Shown: piece by piece, positions 1 to 9,762 of the stretch | Layout of the letters: the number at the start of each line of letters is the position of its first letter | Numbering within the stretch: the stretch's first letter is position 1 | Assembly: GCA_963728565.1 (NCBI GenBank) | Contig: CAVSLC010000028.1 | Location: 102,399-166,398 of the forward strand | Source of the DNA: an uncultured delta proteobacterium | GTDB taxonomy: Bacteria; Desulfobacterota; Binatia; UBA9968 | Direction: 5' to 3' | DNA length: 64,000 nucleotides | Notes under the pieces: generated by a model | What the model was told of the DNA's origin: nothing | Database searches by the model: none | What the model saw: the letters and a program-made list of their open reading frames with translations, nothing else | Translations under genes and position numbers: made by a program

Positions 1-905
1 GTAAGAGCCGTTAAAGTATTCAAATATTCCAGAGGTGGCAGCACCGAATAATAAGTTAGTGCCCTCTGCGCTATCAAAGAGATCCGAACCGAATCCCGAT
101 TGAGAACCTAGACGGGTTAAGGAAGAAGTATGTTGTGTGTTTTGCAGGAAGTCGAAGCCAATCTCCCTTTCAGCTTACCCGTCGCTACTTCTGCAACAAT
201 CACATCAAGCTCGATTTGCCTAACCTCTTTAATTACAAGCAAATCAATGACTCCGGCGATGCTCCGCTTGTCACCCCATCTGTTCACGTCATCTAGGGAA
301 GATTCTTCATCAAATGCAATCTGCCCACCGCCGGCAATGCCGAATCCAGTGACGTTAGGACGATTTTGCCGCCCGCCACGGACATTAATATTGTTTGTTG
401 TTCCTGCCGGAGCCACAACGGCCGGTGGCTTAGGTGGGAGGTACGTCTGCACAATTTCCAAGACCTTGTCGTATATAACCTCATTGGAGACTTCACCCCT
501 GAGGAGAACGGCGGGCCCTGAGGTCGAAATCTCAACCTTCTCATTGGGAAGGACTACCCGAAGCTGGCTTCGTAAAGCGATAACGTCCGGCACAACAATC
601 AAATCGTAATTGGCAACTTCACCTTTCTCGTCGAATACGATCAACGACGTGGTACCGACTGCCTTTCCGTTAATCAGGAGTTGGCTGGGAGCGACAACAA
701 TTACGTCGGCCACCGCCGGCTGCGAAACCGAGACCCGCTTGGCTCTCTCAGCCAAGCGAAAGACCATCGATTTATTAACTGTGACTGAAATCGTCGGCGC
801 TACCTGCTGCTGAGCGGCGCCTTCGAATAAAGGTACAATTAACAAAGCAATAAGCGCTACCCTGAACCTGCCAGATCGCCGCCAAAGTGAAGCAATATAT
901 CCCAT
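1..905 (-). CDS. cpaC: Flp/Tad pilus secretin CpaC/RcpA, N-terminal part (runs off window start; frameshift near 165-170)
   Basis: Signal peptide, pilus-formation N domain (VSVSQPAVADV..LLINGKAVGTTSL), BON-like segment, then QIELDVIVAEV. The shifted frame reads ..REIGFDF.. and stays open to base 1. Lies downstream of cpaB. Confidence 0.85.
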
Positions 906-922
906 GAGCCGTTCCCTTCCTG

Positions 923-1762
923 CTAGAATTCCACTACGTTTCTGTTGGTGCCGTGAATTACCTCGACCTTATACTTGTCGGATCCCTGTTGGACCACGGA
1001 ACGCGCTCGCGCGGCTCCTACTGTCTTTCGGACACCTAAAGCCAACAAATCGTTTTTGTTACTTCCGATGGTTTTTGGTTCGGACTCGTCGCCCACTCCT
1101 CTGAGTGCCAAGACAATAGGTCCTTCCTGATAGGCCAGTGAGAGTTTTTCAGCTTCTTCAGGACTCACCTCGAGAGTAATCGACCGCGCCACCTGCGGCT
1201 TACCGTCTTTCTGCTCGGTGCTTTGTGCAACGGAGAGGACGCGCTTATTCTGAAGAACAATTTTTGAAAGTCTCGCATCCTTATTATCAGCTGTTCCAGG
1301 AGGTGTCGTCGTAACGATGACATCCACACGGTCATCCGGCACAATAAAACCGCTCACCCCGATGATTTCATCGACTCGAACGGCCATCGCTCGCTTACCC
1401 GGCTCCAAACGGACAGTCAATCCGGCACCCTCACCGGATAATCGAGATTCCAGAATCGGCTCATTGGCCATAATTTTTACTCGATTGACCTTTCCGATCA
1501 CCTCTTTGGGAGTTCCAAACGCGCCGGCCGGGACCGAAGCCTTCGGCCACTTGATGGCTCGCACTGTGCCGTCCTTCAACATTGCCTCAGCGATTGTGCT
1601 CCCTGCTGGGATATCTTTCGCCGCGATCACAACGTCCTGCGTTTGAGTTCGGAGCGCCTCAGCCGCCTGCCGCTGTTGGCGCAAGAAGTTAAATATTCCA
1701 TATGCGGCAATGAGTCCGAAAAACACAGCCACCACTAGCGCAATTTTGAGCCTATTTTGCAT
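923..1762 (-). CDS. cpaB: Flp pilus assembly protein CpaB/RcpC
   Basis: N-terminal TM, SAF domain (VVIAAKDIPAG), GKRAMAVRVDEIIGVSGFIVPDDRVDVI motif. Confidence 0.93.
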   Translation of the reverse strand: MQNRLKIALVVAVFFGLIAAYGIFNFLRQQRQAAEALRTQTQDVVIAAKDIPAGSTIAEAMLKDGTVRAIKWPKASVPAGAFGTPKEVIGKVNRVKIMANEPILESRLSGEGAGLTVRLEPGKRAMAVRVDEIIGVSGFIVPDDRVDVIVTTTPPGTADNKDARLSKIVLQNKRVLSVAQSTEQKDGKPQVARSITLEVSPEEAEKLSLAYQEGPIVLALRGVGDESEPKTIGSNKNDLLALGVRKTVGAARARSVVQQGSDKYKVEVIHGTNRNVVEF

Positions 1763-1844
1763 ACAGTTTCCTTTTTTGTGAGGTTAAAATTTCTCGTTTC
1801 AAGGAGAACTCTTACCGTTAGCTCCGCAATTTACTTGGTTAGTA

Positions 1845-2381
1845 CTAAAAGCCCGCCCACGTCCCCGCCGGGTCGAGATAATATGCCATTATTGTACCAG
1901 CACCGATTGCGACACCCCACGGCACCGAGTACCGACCGGAGTTGACGGCAGTACTATTCAGGAGGCCGATTCGCAAAGACAAAAACGTAAACTTACAATC
2001 GTTCCAAAAATGCTTGAAAGAGATTTGCCGGACCTGGCCCAAAGCCATAGCTATTAAAGCTATAACGCCAGCAACAATGCACGAATAGAAGAAGATCCGT
2101 GGCAGTGTTTTGTAACCTAAAAGAGCGCCGACAGCGGCAAAGAATTTAACGTCGCCGGCTCCCATCCATCCGAGGGCAAAGGGAATCATCAAAGCGAAAA
2201 TACCAGCGACAAATCCGGTGACACTAAAAATGAATTGCGTGCTACTCTGGAATGCTCCGAGAAGGAGCCCAACGATAAGCGAGAACAGAATTATCCAGTT
2301 CGGGATTCGTCGCTCTTTAATGTCAAAAAATGCTGCGCCACCGATGAGGGCAAACAATGTAAAATCTAGAACTAAATCCAT
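1845..2381 (-). CDS. cpaA: Prepilin peptidase, A24 family (CpaA/TadV)
   Basis: DIKERRIPN, GAGDVK and VPWGVAI motifs; hydrophobic; next to flp. Confidence 0.92.
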   Translation of the reverse strand: MDLVLDFTLFALIGGAAFFDIKERRIPNWIILFSLIVGLLLGAFQSSTQFIFSVTGFVAGIFALMIPFALGWMGAGDVKFFAAVGALLGYKTLPRIFFYSCIVAGVIALIAMALGQVRQISFKHFWNDCKFTFLSLRIGLLNSTAVNSGRYSVPWGVAIGAGTIMAYYLDPAGTWAGF

Positions 2382-2437
2382 GGCGATCTTTAAAGAGAAC
2401 TAATAAGGATGCGATTTGCGGGGTTATATTCGCAAAC

Positions 2438-2479
2438 GTGAGCTTGGGATGGAAAAGGCTCTTTCCACCCCAAGCTCAC
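2438..2479 (-). terminator. Strong stem-loop immediately downstream of flp
   Basis: GTGAGCTTGGGaTGGAAA-aggctc-TTTCCAcCCCAAGCTCAC inverted repeat; a second small hairpin at 2415-2436. Confidence 0.7.
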
Positions 2480-2499
2480 ACTGAAACAGCGATTCGATA

Positions 2500-2694
2500 T
2501 TATGATCCGCCGCAAGCTGTGGGCGTTGCGAGACAGTCCGAAACATCGCCCCACGAAGCCGTAAGCTGGTTGCCGATGTTCGTTCCCTTTACGGCAACCC
2601 AGAAAACCAATGCTACCAAAAGAACGATTAAGGTGTATTCGACCAAACCTTGACCTTCCTCTTCGACGACTAATCGTTTAAACAAGTTTATCAT
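2500..2694 (-). CDS. flp: Flp family type IVb pilin
   Basis: EEEG|QGLVEYTLI prepilin cleavage motif with E+5/Y+6, hydrophobic helix, 64 aa, C-terminal Cys pair. Confidence 0.95.
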   Translation of the reverse strand: MINLFKRLVVEEEGQGLVEYTLIVLLVALVFWVAVKGTNIGNQLTASWGDVSDCLATPTACGGS

Positions 2695-2751
2695 TATTAT
2701 TCACCCCCTTCCTTTTTAGTATCGTAGTAATCGAAACTGTAACCGCGATGG

Positions 2752-2767
2752 AGCAGAGTTCATGCCA
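2752..2767 (-). promoter_or_regulatory. Sigma54 (-24/-12) promoter of flp
   Basis: Minus strand TGGCATGAACTCTGCT = GG-N10-GC, about 60 nt upstream of the flp start. Confidence 0.75.
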
Positions 2768-3111
2768 GATATCAATAAGCTGCTTATTCCTGTACTTGCG
2801 CTCCTTGATACAGATACATTCGATTTCGTTTTGACACTGCTGTCATTTTGAAAAACCTAACTGTCACAAGTAGGATGGCAAACGCCGGACGCAACTTTAC
2901 TTTTGGTATCTTTAAAGAAACCTGATAGCATCTCCATTTTCGATCCGGCTGCGCTCGACCAAGTCTCTGCCCAATTGGAACACCTAAGTGCGGGGACCGG
3001 GTATGAGTTTTGCGTCGAGATTTCTGTCAATGCTTGACATTGCTCGGGTCGTGAGGCCGAGCGATCGCATCAGTCGAGATTAAACGTTCTCTTATTCGAC
3101 TCGAAATTCCA

Positions 3112-4062
3112 ATGGAAAATACTGAAAGTAAATCCCAACTATCAATCCTAATTATTGAAGATCATCCGGACCAGCGAGATCTTCTAGCCATCGTCCTTCA
3201 AAGAGAGGGCTACAAAGTGGTTACCGCCGCTAATGGCGTCGAAGCTCTGGACAAATTGGCGCAGGAGGAAGTTCATATCGCGCTTTCCGACATCATGATG
3301 CCAAAGATGGACGGATTTGAACTAATCAATAGGATCCGGAGCAATTCTGCACTAAGGCACATTTATATCATTCTAATCACTGCTCGCATTCAGGAGGGCG
3401 ACCGTGTACGCGGCCTTGATCTCGGCGCGGACGATTACATAACCAAACCTTTTTCCTTCTCCGAACTGCTGGCGCGAGTGCGTGTCGGCTCCCGAGTTGT
3501 CCAGTATCAACAGCATCTTGAATACCAAACTCAGATCGACTCGCTTACCGGCCTGTTTAATCGCAGAGCTTTCGAGAAGAAGATACTGGAGGAGTTCGAA
3601 CGATCCAAACGCTATGAACATCCATTATCGGTGATAATGCTCGACATCGATAACTTCAAGAAGATCAATGACACTTACGGCCATCACGGCGGAGATGCCG
3701 CGCTGGTGAAGATCTCAGAAATTTTGCGTGACAAAAGCCGCCGTAGTGACTTTCCCTCGCGGTTCGGCGGGGAAGAGTTTGTCCTGGTCCTTCCGGAAAC
3801 GGATCAAGACAGCGCCATCCAGGTAGCAAGGAAATTTCACGACGAGATTAGAACGTGCGCCTTCGGCACCGCCGATAAACCTTTCTCGTTAACCGTGAGC
3901 ATGGGACTCACTTCAAGCAACAAAAAGGCGTATTCAGATTGGCGCCAAATGATTGACGATGCCGACTCCGCTTTATATCAGGCAAAAAATAGCGGCAAGG
4001 ACCGCATCGAGATTTGTTTACCGAACGAGCACCCCAAAGTTCGTCACGCCGCTGCGCATTAA
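3112..4062 (+). CDS. Response-regulator diguanylate cyclase (REC-GGDEF, PleD/WspR-like)
   Basis: REC domain (IIEDH, SDIMMPKMDG, YITKPF); intact GGEEF with RRSD I-site five residues upstream. Confidence 0.93.
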   Translation: MENTESKSQLSILIIEDHPDQRDLLAIVLQREGYKVVTAANGVEALDKLAQEEVHIALSDIMMPKMDGFELINRIRSNSALRHIYIILITARIQEGDRVRGLDLGADDYITKPFSFSELLARVRVGSRVVQYQQHLEYQTQIDSLTGLFNRRAFEKKILEEFERSKRYEHPLSVIMLDIDNFKKINDTYGHHGGDAALVKISEILRDKSRRSDFPSRFGGEEFVLVLPETDQDSAIQVARKFHDEIRTCAFGTADKPFSLTVSMGLTSSNKKAYSDWRQMIDDADSALYQAKNSGKDRIEICLPNEHPKVRHAAAH

Positions 4063-4068
4063 GAGCCG

Positions 4069-5295
4069 ATGCGATCCCGCCATTTACTGACCGTCATTCT
4101 TGTCCTCTCGTGTACTTCAGCCTGGTGGTATTTGCTTGTGCCACAGCCCCAAATTCTTTCCTCGCGCTCGACCGTGAGTCCGCTCTCAGGTGCCCCGCGA
4201 TTTAACGCGGGAATAGTGGAAAGACGGTTAGTTCCTCCGTTAAGGGCGGAATTTACCGAAGCCATTGGAACTAATCTTATTTATATTTCCCGACTCGTGA
4301 GTGCCGACAAAGAATTAATCATTTACGCCGGTGCCGCGTTTTTTGGTTTGTTCATGATGGTTCTGGCACTTAAGAATCCGAATCCGGCCCGCCCTCGAAC
4401 AGCAGATGCAATGCTTGCCCTGCTAAAAGAGGAGAAGGAGAAGGCCGAGAATCTCGCGCGATTGAAATCAGAATTCCTGAACCAGGTTTCGCACGAATTG
4501 CGTACTCCTCTTGCCGTAATCATTGGGTACATCGAATGCCTCACTGATGGACTATACGGCCAGGTCGAGAATAGACATCATGATATTCTGCAAATCGTCG
4601 CAAAGCAGTCGGCTCATCTGAAAAATATGATAGATCAGATCCTCATCTATTCGCGCCTAGAAGCCAGCAAACAGCCGCTTCGCATCGAAGAATTTAGCCC
4701 AATGAACGTTCTACTCGATCTGCGGGATACCTTTGACTTTCTTTGCGCTCAAAAGGGTCTGCAACTGAAGTGGGAGCTTCCGCGAACGCCGCCAGCAATG
4801 AAAAATGATCCTCAAAGATTTAAGGAGATCGCTAGTAACCTGTTGCAGAATGCTGTGAAGTATACGGATCAGGGGCTGATTGTTGTGATGCTCCATGACT
4901 CCAAGATGCCGGATACCATTGTATTGGAAGTAAGCGATACGGGTGTCGGGATACCGGCGAACGCGATCAGCAGCGTATTTGACCCGTTCATCCAGGTTCA
5001 CAAAACTTCCACTGAACACTCCCGTGGAGGGATAGGATTGGGGCTCAGCATCGTCAAGAAACACATCGAACAAATGAATGGAAAGATTGCTGTCGAAAGC
5101 GAACTCGGAAAAGGATCTAAATTTAAGATTACCTTTCCTCGGAGCTACCAAAATCGCCGACAACGCAGATTTAAGTTCTTCTCTATGCTGATGCTTCCCT
5201 TCTCAAAAGCGAGCCCCACTGGTTTGTTCTTGCACAACACTTCGGCAAGCATGGGTGAACGGGCAAAAAAAGCACGCGATTTGCCGATCGTTTGA
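4069..5295 (+). CDS. Membrane-bound sensor histidine kinase
   Basis: Two TM segments, H-box SHELRTPL, N-box NLLQNAVKYT, DTGVG and GIGLGL boxes. Confidence 0.92.
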   Translation: MRSRHLLTVILVLSCTSAWWYLLVPQPQILSSRSTVSPLSGAPRFNAGIVERRLVPPLRAEFTEAIGTNLIYISRLVSADKELIIYAGAAFFGLFMMVLALKNPNPARPRTADAMLALLKEEKEKAENLARLKSEFLNQVSHELRTPLAVIIGYIECLTDGLYGQVENRHHDILQIVAKQSAHLKNMIDQILIYSRLEASKQPLRIEEFSPMNVLLDLRDTFDFLCAQKGLQLKWELPRTPPAMKNDPQRFKEIASNLLQNAVKYTDQGLIVVMLHDSKMPDTIVLEVSDTGVGIPANAISSVFDPFIQVHKTSTEHSRGGIGLGLSIVKKHIEQMNGKIAVESELGKGSKFKITFPRSYQNRRQRRFKFFSMLMLPFSKASPTGLFLHNTSASMGERAKKARDLPIV

Positions 5296-5386
5296 TGCTG
5301 CCCACGCTGATAAGCCAACAGCGAGAGCGACCGTTTTCATCACGCTGTCTCCTTGTGCTTTCAATCCAAAGGATGACTGTGCTTCC

Positions 5387-6907
5387 GTGAAACAATGGAA
5401 CTTGCTGCCATCCCCGGCAGAAATAATCTTTATTTCGATTTTCTTGAGGCTCGTATTCAACCCCGGGATATTGCTAAGTGACGGCGATACCGGCTATCAC
5501 ATACGAGCGGGTGAATTTATTCTACAGACTTATCGTATTCCAAAAACCGACATTTTCTCTCTCTGGATGCCCCCCCTTAGATGGACGGCTCATGAGTGGT
5601 TATCTGAAGTACTTATGGCACTAGTCCACCAACATACCGGGCTCATAGGAGTTGTTGTTCTTTTTTCGTTAACCATAGCGACGACGCATGTCCTTCTATT
5701 TAAGATGTTGCGCGGCCATAGTGAAGACGCTCTGATGCCACTACTCCTTACACTCGTGGCCGCGACTACATCTTCCATACATTGGCTCGGTCGACCTCAC
5801 ATCTTTTCTCTTATGTTAACAGTGATTTGGTATTCCGTACTAAATCGATTTTACTATCTGGGTAAGAACCAGCTCTTTGTCCTACCGCTTCTTATGCTCT
5901 TATGGGTGAATTTGCATGGCGGGTACATCTTTGGGTTGATACTCCTCCTAGTCTACGTTTTGGGAGATCTGGCAGGTTCATACTTCAATCAAAGACACCA
6001 AGCGCAGGAACATTCTTACAAACTAAAATCTATTGTGGCAATTTTCGCAGCGTGCCTGTTGGCGTCATTGTGCAATCCGCAAGGCTATCGCATCCTCATT
6101 TTTCCATTTGCCGTGGCATCTGAACCGTTCCTAATGGATAATGTTCGGGAGTTTCTGTCACCGAATTTTCACGAGCCGATAGCATTTAAATATTTACTAT
6201 TATCAACCATTGCTTTGTTCGCCTTTTCACGCTTCGCTTTGAATTGGATCGAAGTTGGACTCGTTATTCTAACCACGTATATGGCGCTGTACTCAGCGAG
6301 ATATATACCGCTTTACGCAATCGTAACCGCGCCTATTTTATTTCGACTTTTAAATCGCCTAAAGCACGACCTTCCACTAAATGCCATGAAGTGGCTAGAT
6401 CGCCGTTCGGAGACTTTTAGATTGATCGATCGAGGAAGCATGGGTTTCCTCTGGCTAACTGCAACGATCCTCGTTGTGCTCACACTCGGAGGCAGGAGCA
6501 GACTTCATGCGGACTTTGACGATAAACGTTTTCCGACAAAAGCTGTGGACTTTATATTGGCTGAAGATATTTCCGGCAATATTTTCAACAACGAGGAGTT
6601 CGGAGATTACATAATTTACAAGGCTTGGCCTAAGTACAGGGTATTCTTCGACGGCCGATCTGATATGTATGGTGGGATCTTAGGAAGTGAATATCTTAAA
6701 GTAGCACGCACGCTTCCTGGATGGCAAGATGTACTCAAAAACCGCCAAGTGAATTGGGTATTTTTTAATACTCACTCCACGCTTTCATCGGTGCTCAGCG
6801 CGAATCCTGATTGGCGATTAATATACTCAGATCCAGTCGCAAGAATTTTTGTCCGCGATAAACCCGAATATCAACATCTTATTGCCAAGTACAATCCTAA
6901 ATTGTGA
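5387..6907 (+). CDS. Multi-pass membrane protein, GT-C-like putative glycosyltransferase
   Basis: About 11-13 TM segments; DGDTGYH acidic loop after TM1, HEWL, WVNLHGG, soluble C-terminal domain with FFDGRSDMY. GTG start chosen within ORF 5255-6907. Confidence 0.65.
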   Translation: MKQWNLLPSPAEIIFISIFLRLVFNPGILLSDGDTGYHIRAGEFILQTYRIPKTDIFSLWMPPLRWTAHEWLSEVLMALVHQHTGLIGVVVLFSLTIATTHVLLFKMLRGHSEDALMPLLLTLVAATTSSIHWLGRPHIFSLMLTVIWYSVLNRFYYLGKNQLFVLPLLMLLWVNLHGGYIFGLILLLVYVLGDLAGSYFNQRHQAQEHSYKLKSIVAIFAACLLASLCNPQGYRILIFPFAVASEPFLMDNVREFLSPNFHEPIAFKYLLLSTIALFAFSRFALNWIEVGLVILTTYMALYSARYIPLYAIVTAPILFRLLNRLKHDLPLNAMKWLDRRSETFRLIDRGSMGFLWLTATILVVLTLGGRSRLHADFDDKRFPTKAVDFILAEDISGNIFNNEEFGDYIIYKAWPKYRVFFDGRSDMYGGILGSEYLKVARTLPGWQDVLKNRQVNWVFFNTHSTLSSVLSANPDWRLIYSDPVARIFVRDKPEYQHLIAKYNPKL

Positions 6908-7207
6908 GTCCCTGTATATCGAGGGTGCACAGGCTATTCGACGAAACCTATTACGATTTGACCGTCGATAGTAAGATAGTCAAGAACTTCAAATACACTA
7001 TCAAACGATTAGGGTGATTACATTTTTGTCCGGAGTGCCACAGATTGTTCTGAGTCGCTAGATGACCTCTGACGCTTAACATTGCAACTCGACAGTACCA
7101 GCGAGATTAGAGGTGCGAAGTTGGTTGTTCGTATGACATATAGGTAAAACAGGATAGTGCCCCAACAAGACCTCGATATGGAACCTTTGTCTATAGGTGT
7201 AACAATA

Positions 7208-7223
7208 TGGCATGCGCCTTGCG
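7208..7223 (+). promoter_or_regulatory. Sigma54 promoter of the EAL gene
   Basis: TGGCATGCGCCTTGCG = GG-N10-GC, near consensus, about 90 nt upstream of ATG 7314. Confidence 0.75.
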
Positions 7224-7313
7224 TTTAGCAAAATATGATTAGCCGTCGACTGTATACATCCACACCAATCGCTGAAATGTTACCTGCAGATAGCTAGCCG
7301 CAAGAGATCAATC

Positions 7314-8684
7314 ATGACTCAAAACATAAGCGATCTATCTGCCGATGCTGTATTTCAGCTACGGCTACAACAGGCAATATTGGTTGCGCAGCATACCGTC
7401 AAGCACGTGGGTTTATTACTCGTCGGATTCGATTGTCCAGACCATTCCACATCCGATCTCATGCGAATGCCAAATTTTTCGGACTTAGTTTGGGGTCGAC
7501 TGAGGAACACTCTGAGGGATTCTGATACTGTAGTGTGCCGGGAAAGTGGCGAAATGGCAGTACTGCTGCCCTCTGTAAATAGTCCCGATGACGTCGTTGT
7601 TGTCGCCAAAAAACTTCTCGGCAGTTTACATGAACCTATATCCATAGAGGGCCTAAAGACCGATATCCGACCGCGGGTGGGAATCTCATTGTTTCCCGAG
7701 CATGCGTCCAATGCCGTGACGTTGATGCAACGCGCGGAAAACGCCTTAGACTTCGGCCGGCGGAATAAAAATAGCTACACGCTGTACTCTCACGTAGGCG
7801 GCACTGTTAAACGAAGCACTCTGAGCATGGGCCAACTGAGGCAAGCCATCGTTGCCGATCAACTTTTTTTGCTTTACCAACCTAAAATCAGTTTTAAGGA
7901 GCAGTACGTCTCGGGTCTGGAAGTACTTACGCGGTGGCAACAGCCTGATCTGGGACTCATCTCGCCCGACGAATTCATACCGGTCGCTGAACGTACCGGT
8001 CTAATTATTCCGCTGACCCTCTGGGTTCTGAAACAGTCGCTCCTCCAATGCCGCACTTGGCGCGAAATCGGAATCGACATTGGCGTTGCTGTAAATCTTT
8101 CAATGTGGAATTTAGATGCGCAGGAGCTGCCCTCTCAAATCAGTAGCCTGCTCGAAAATACCGGGATCTCGGCGGATCGTTTAGAACTCGAGATAACGGA
8201 GAGCGCGATCATGAGCGATCCCCAACGCGCTATTCGGACTCTCTCTCTGATTCGCGATTTAGGCGTTCGATTTGCGATCGATGATTTCGGGACGGGCTAC
8301 TCCTCACTCGCATATCTGAAGAAACTTCCCGTTAGTAGTATCAAAATAGATAAGTCATTCGTGCGAAACATGGAGCACGATCGAGACAATGCGATCATTG
8401 TGCGATCGATTATCGATTTGGGTCACAATCTGGGGCTTAAGGTTGTAGCTGAAGGCGTCGAAACGCAGGAAGCGCAAGATATGCTCCGGAGTTTCGATTG
8501 CGACGAAATGCAAGGATACTACTACAGCCGTCCAATACCGGCGGATGCAGTCACTAAATATCTCAAAACGCCACCCTCTCAATCTATACAGCCATCAACT
8601 GTGGACGATCGGAGTTCCGCGGGAGCTCCACTATCGATCAAACGGAATGTCATTGACAATCCGAAATCACAACGCCTGCCATAA
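7314..8684 (+). CDS. c-di-GMP phosphodiesterase (degenerate GGDEF + EAL)
   Basis: GGDEF replaced by SGEMA; EAL domain with EVL, ELEITES, DDFGTGYSSL, IKIDKSF, AEGVE, QGYY. Confidence 0.9.
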   Translation: MTQNISDLSADAVFQLRLQQAILVAQHTVKHVGLLLVGFDCPDHSTSDLMRMPNFSDLVWGRLRNTLRDSDTVVCRESGEMAVLLPSVNSPDDVVVVAKKLLGSLHEPISIEGLKTDIRPRVGISLFPEHASNAVTLMQRAENALDFGRRNKNSYTLYSHVGGTVKRSTLSMGQLRQAIVADQLFLLYQPKISFKEQYVSGLEVLTRWQQPDLGLISPDEFIPVAERTGLIIPLTLWVLKQSLLQCRTWREIGIDIGVAVNLSMWNLDAQELPSQISSLLENTGISADRLELEITESAIMSDPQRAIRTLSLIRDLGVRFAIDDFGTGYSSLAYLKKLPVSSIKIDKSFVRNMEHDRDNAIIVRSIIDLGHNLGLKVVAEGVETQEAQDMLRSFDCDEMQGYYYSRPIPADAVTKYLKTPPSQSIQPSTVDDRSSAGAPLSIKRNVIDNPKSQRLP

Positions 8685-8789
8685 ATTTCTAAACTGCTCC
8701 TGATACCTGGCAGATCGTCAATCAAGCCTGACACTTGTGGTAAGCTCCCATAACCCAATCCGGCCGATTTTGCTCACGATGTTTTAGCG

Positions 8790-9761
8790 TCACTTAGCCG
8801 CCTTACGTTTTTTAAGCTCGTCCATCAACTGCGGAATGACTTTGAAAACATCGCCGACTACACCGAAATCCGAATACTGAAAAATTGGTGCATCCGCATC
8901 CTTATTAATTGAGATGATCGTCTTGGAAGTCTTCATTCCGGACAGATGCTGCACGGCTCCGGAAATTCCACAGGCTATGTACAAATCTGGTTTGACTGTT
9001 TTGCCTGTCTGGCCGACTTGCATGGAGTAAGGAACCCATCCTGCGTCGACTGCAGCTCGGGTCGCACCTACGGCACCATCGAGAAGTTCGGCTAAATCTT
9101 TCAAAATCGCAAAATTCTCCTCACCTTTAAGGCCACGCCCGCCAGAGACTATAATTTTCGCGCCGTCGAGCTGCGGACCCTCGCGTTTGACCGTTACTCG
9201 CTCCTTCACTCGAAGCTTACGTAAGTGATCGCCAGACGCAACCGGGACTTGTTCGATAGCGAGCGCTTGCTCATTGATTCTCGGCTCGAACGATTTAGGA
9301 CGTACCAGGAGAAGTTTGGTTCCATCATTAGTCAAGGTACTGGTATTTTGGTAGCTAGCGCCGAGAGCGGGAATTGTGGCTTCCACGCTGCTGCCTTTTA
9401 GCTCAAAATCTCCGACATCACTGATGGCACCGCAACCGAATCTGGCGCTCAAACTCGCGACTAAATCACGTCCGCTGTAACTCGACGCGAATAACATCAC
9501 CGCTGGCTTATATGTGTCAATCAGTCTGGCAACCGTTTCCGCTGCAGGCAACGTGAGGTATTCGCCATAGATCGGATCAGCGCAACGATATATTTTGCTT
9601 GCTCCATACTTCGCAAGTGTTTCGACAGCTTCTTCAGGAGCAGGGCCCAAGAGCACGGCCTCCGCTTTAGCAACGGCCGCTGCTTTGGCAAGCATTTCCA
9701 AGCTTGTCGCCGTGATTCTATCGTCACTTACTTCCGCATACACCCAAATAACGTCTGCCAC
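8790..9761 (-). CDS. etfA: Electron transfer flavoprotein alpha subunit
   Basis: VSGGRG, GATRAAVDAGW, QVGQTGK, GISGAVQHLSGM. Confidence 0.95.
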   Translation of the reverse strand: MADVIWVYAEVSDDRITATSLEMLAKAAAVAKAEAVLLGPAPEEAVETLAKYGASKIYRCADPIYGEYLTLPAAETVARLIDTYKPAVMLFASSYSGRDLVASLSARFGCGAISDVGDFELKGSSVEATIPALGASYQNTSTLTNDGTKLLLVRPKSFEPRINEQALAIEQVPVASGDHLRKLRVKERVTVKREGPQLDGAKIIVSGGRGLKGEENFAILKDLAELLDGAVGATRAAVDAGWVPYSMQVGQTGKTVKPDLYIACGISGAVQHLSGMKTSKTIISINKDADAPIFQYSDFGVVGDVFKVIPQLMDELKKRKAAK

Positions 9762-9762
9762 T

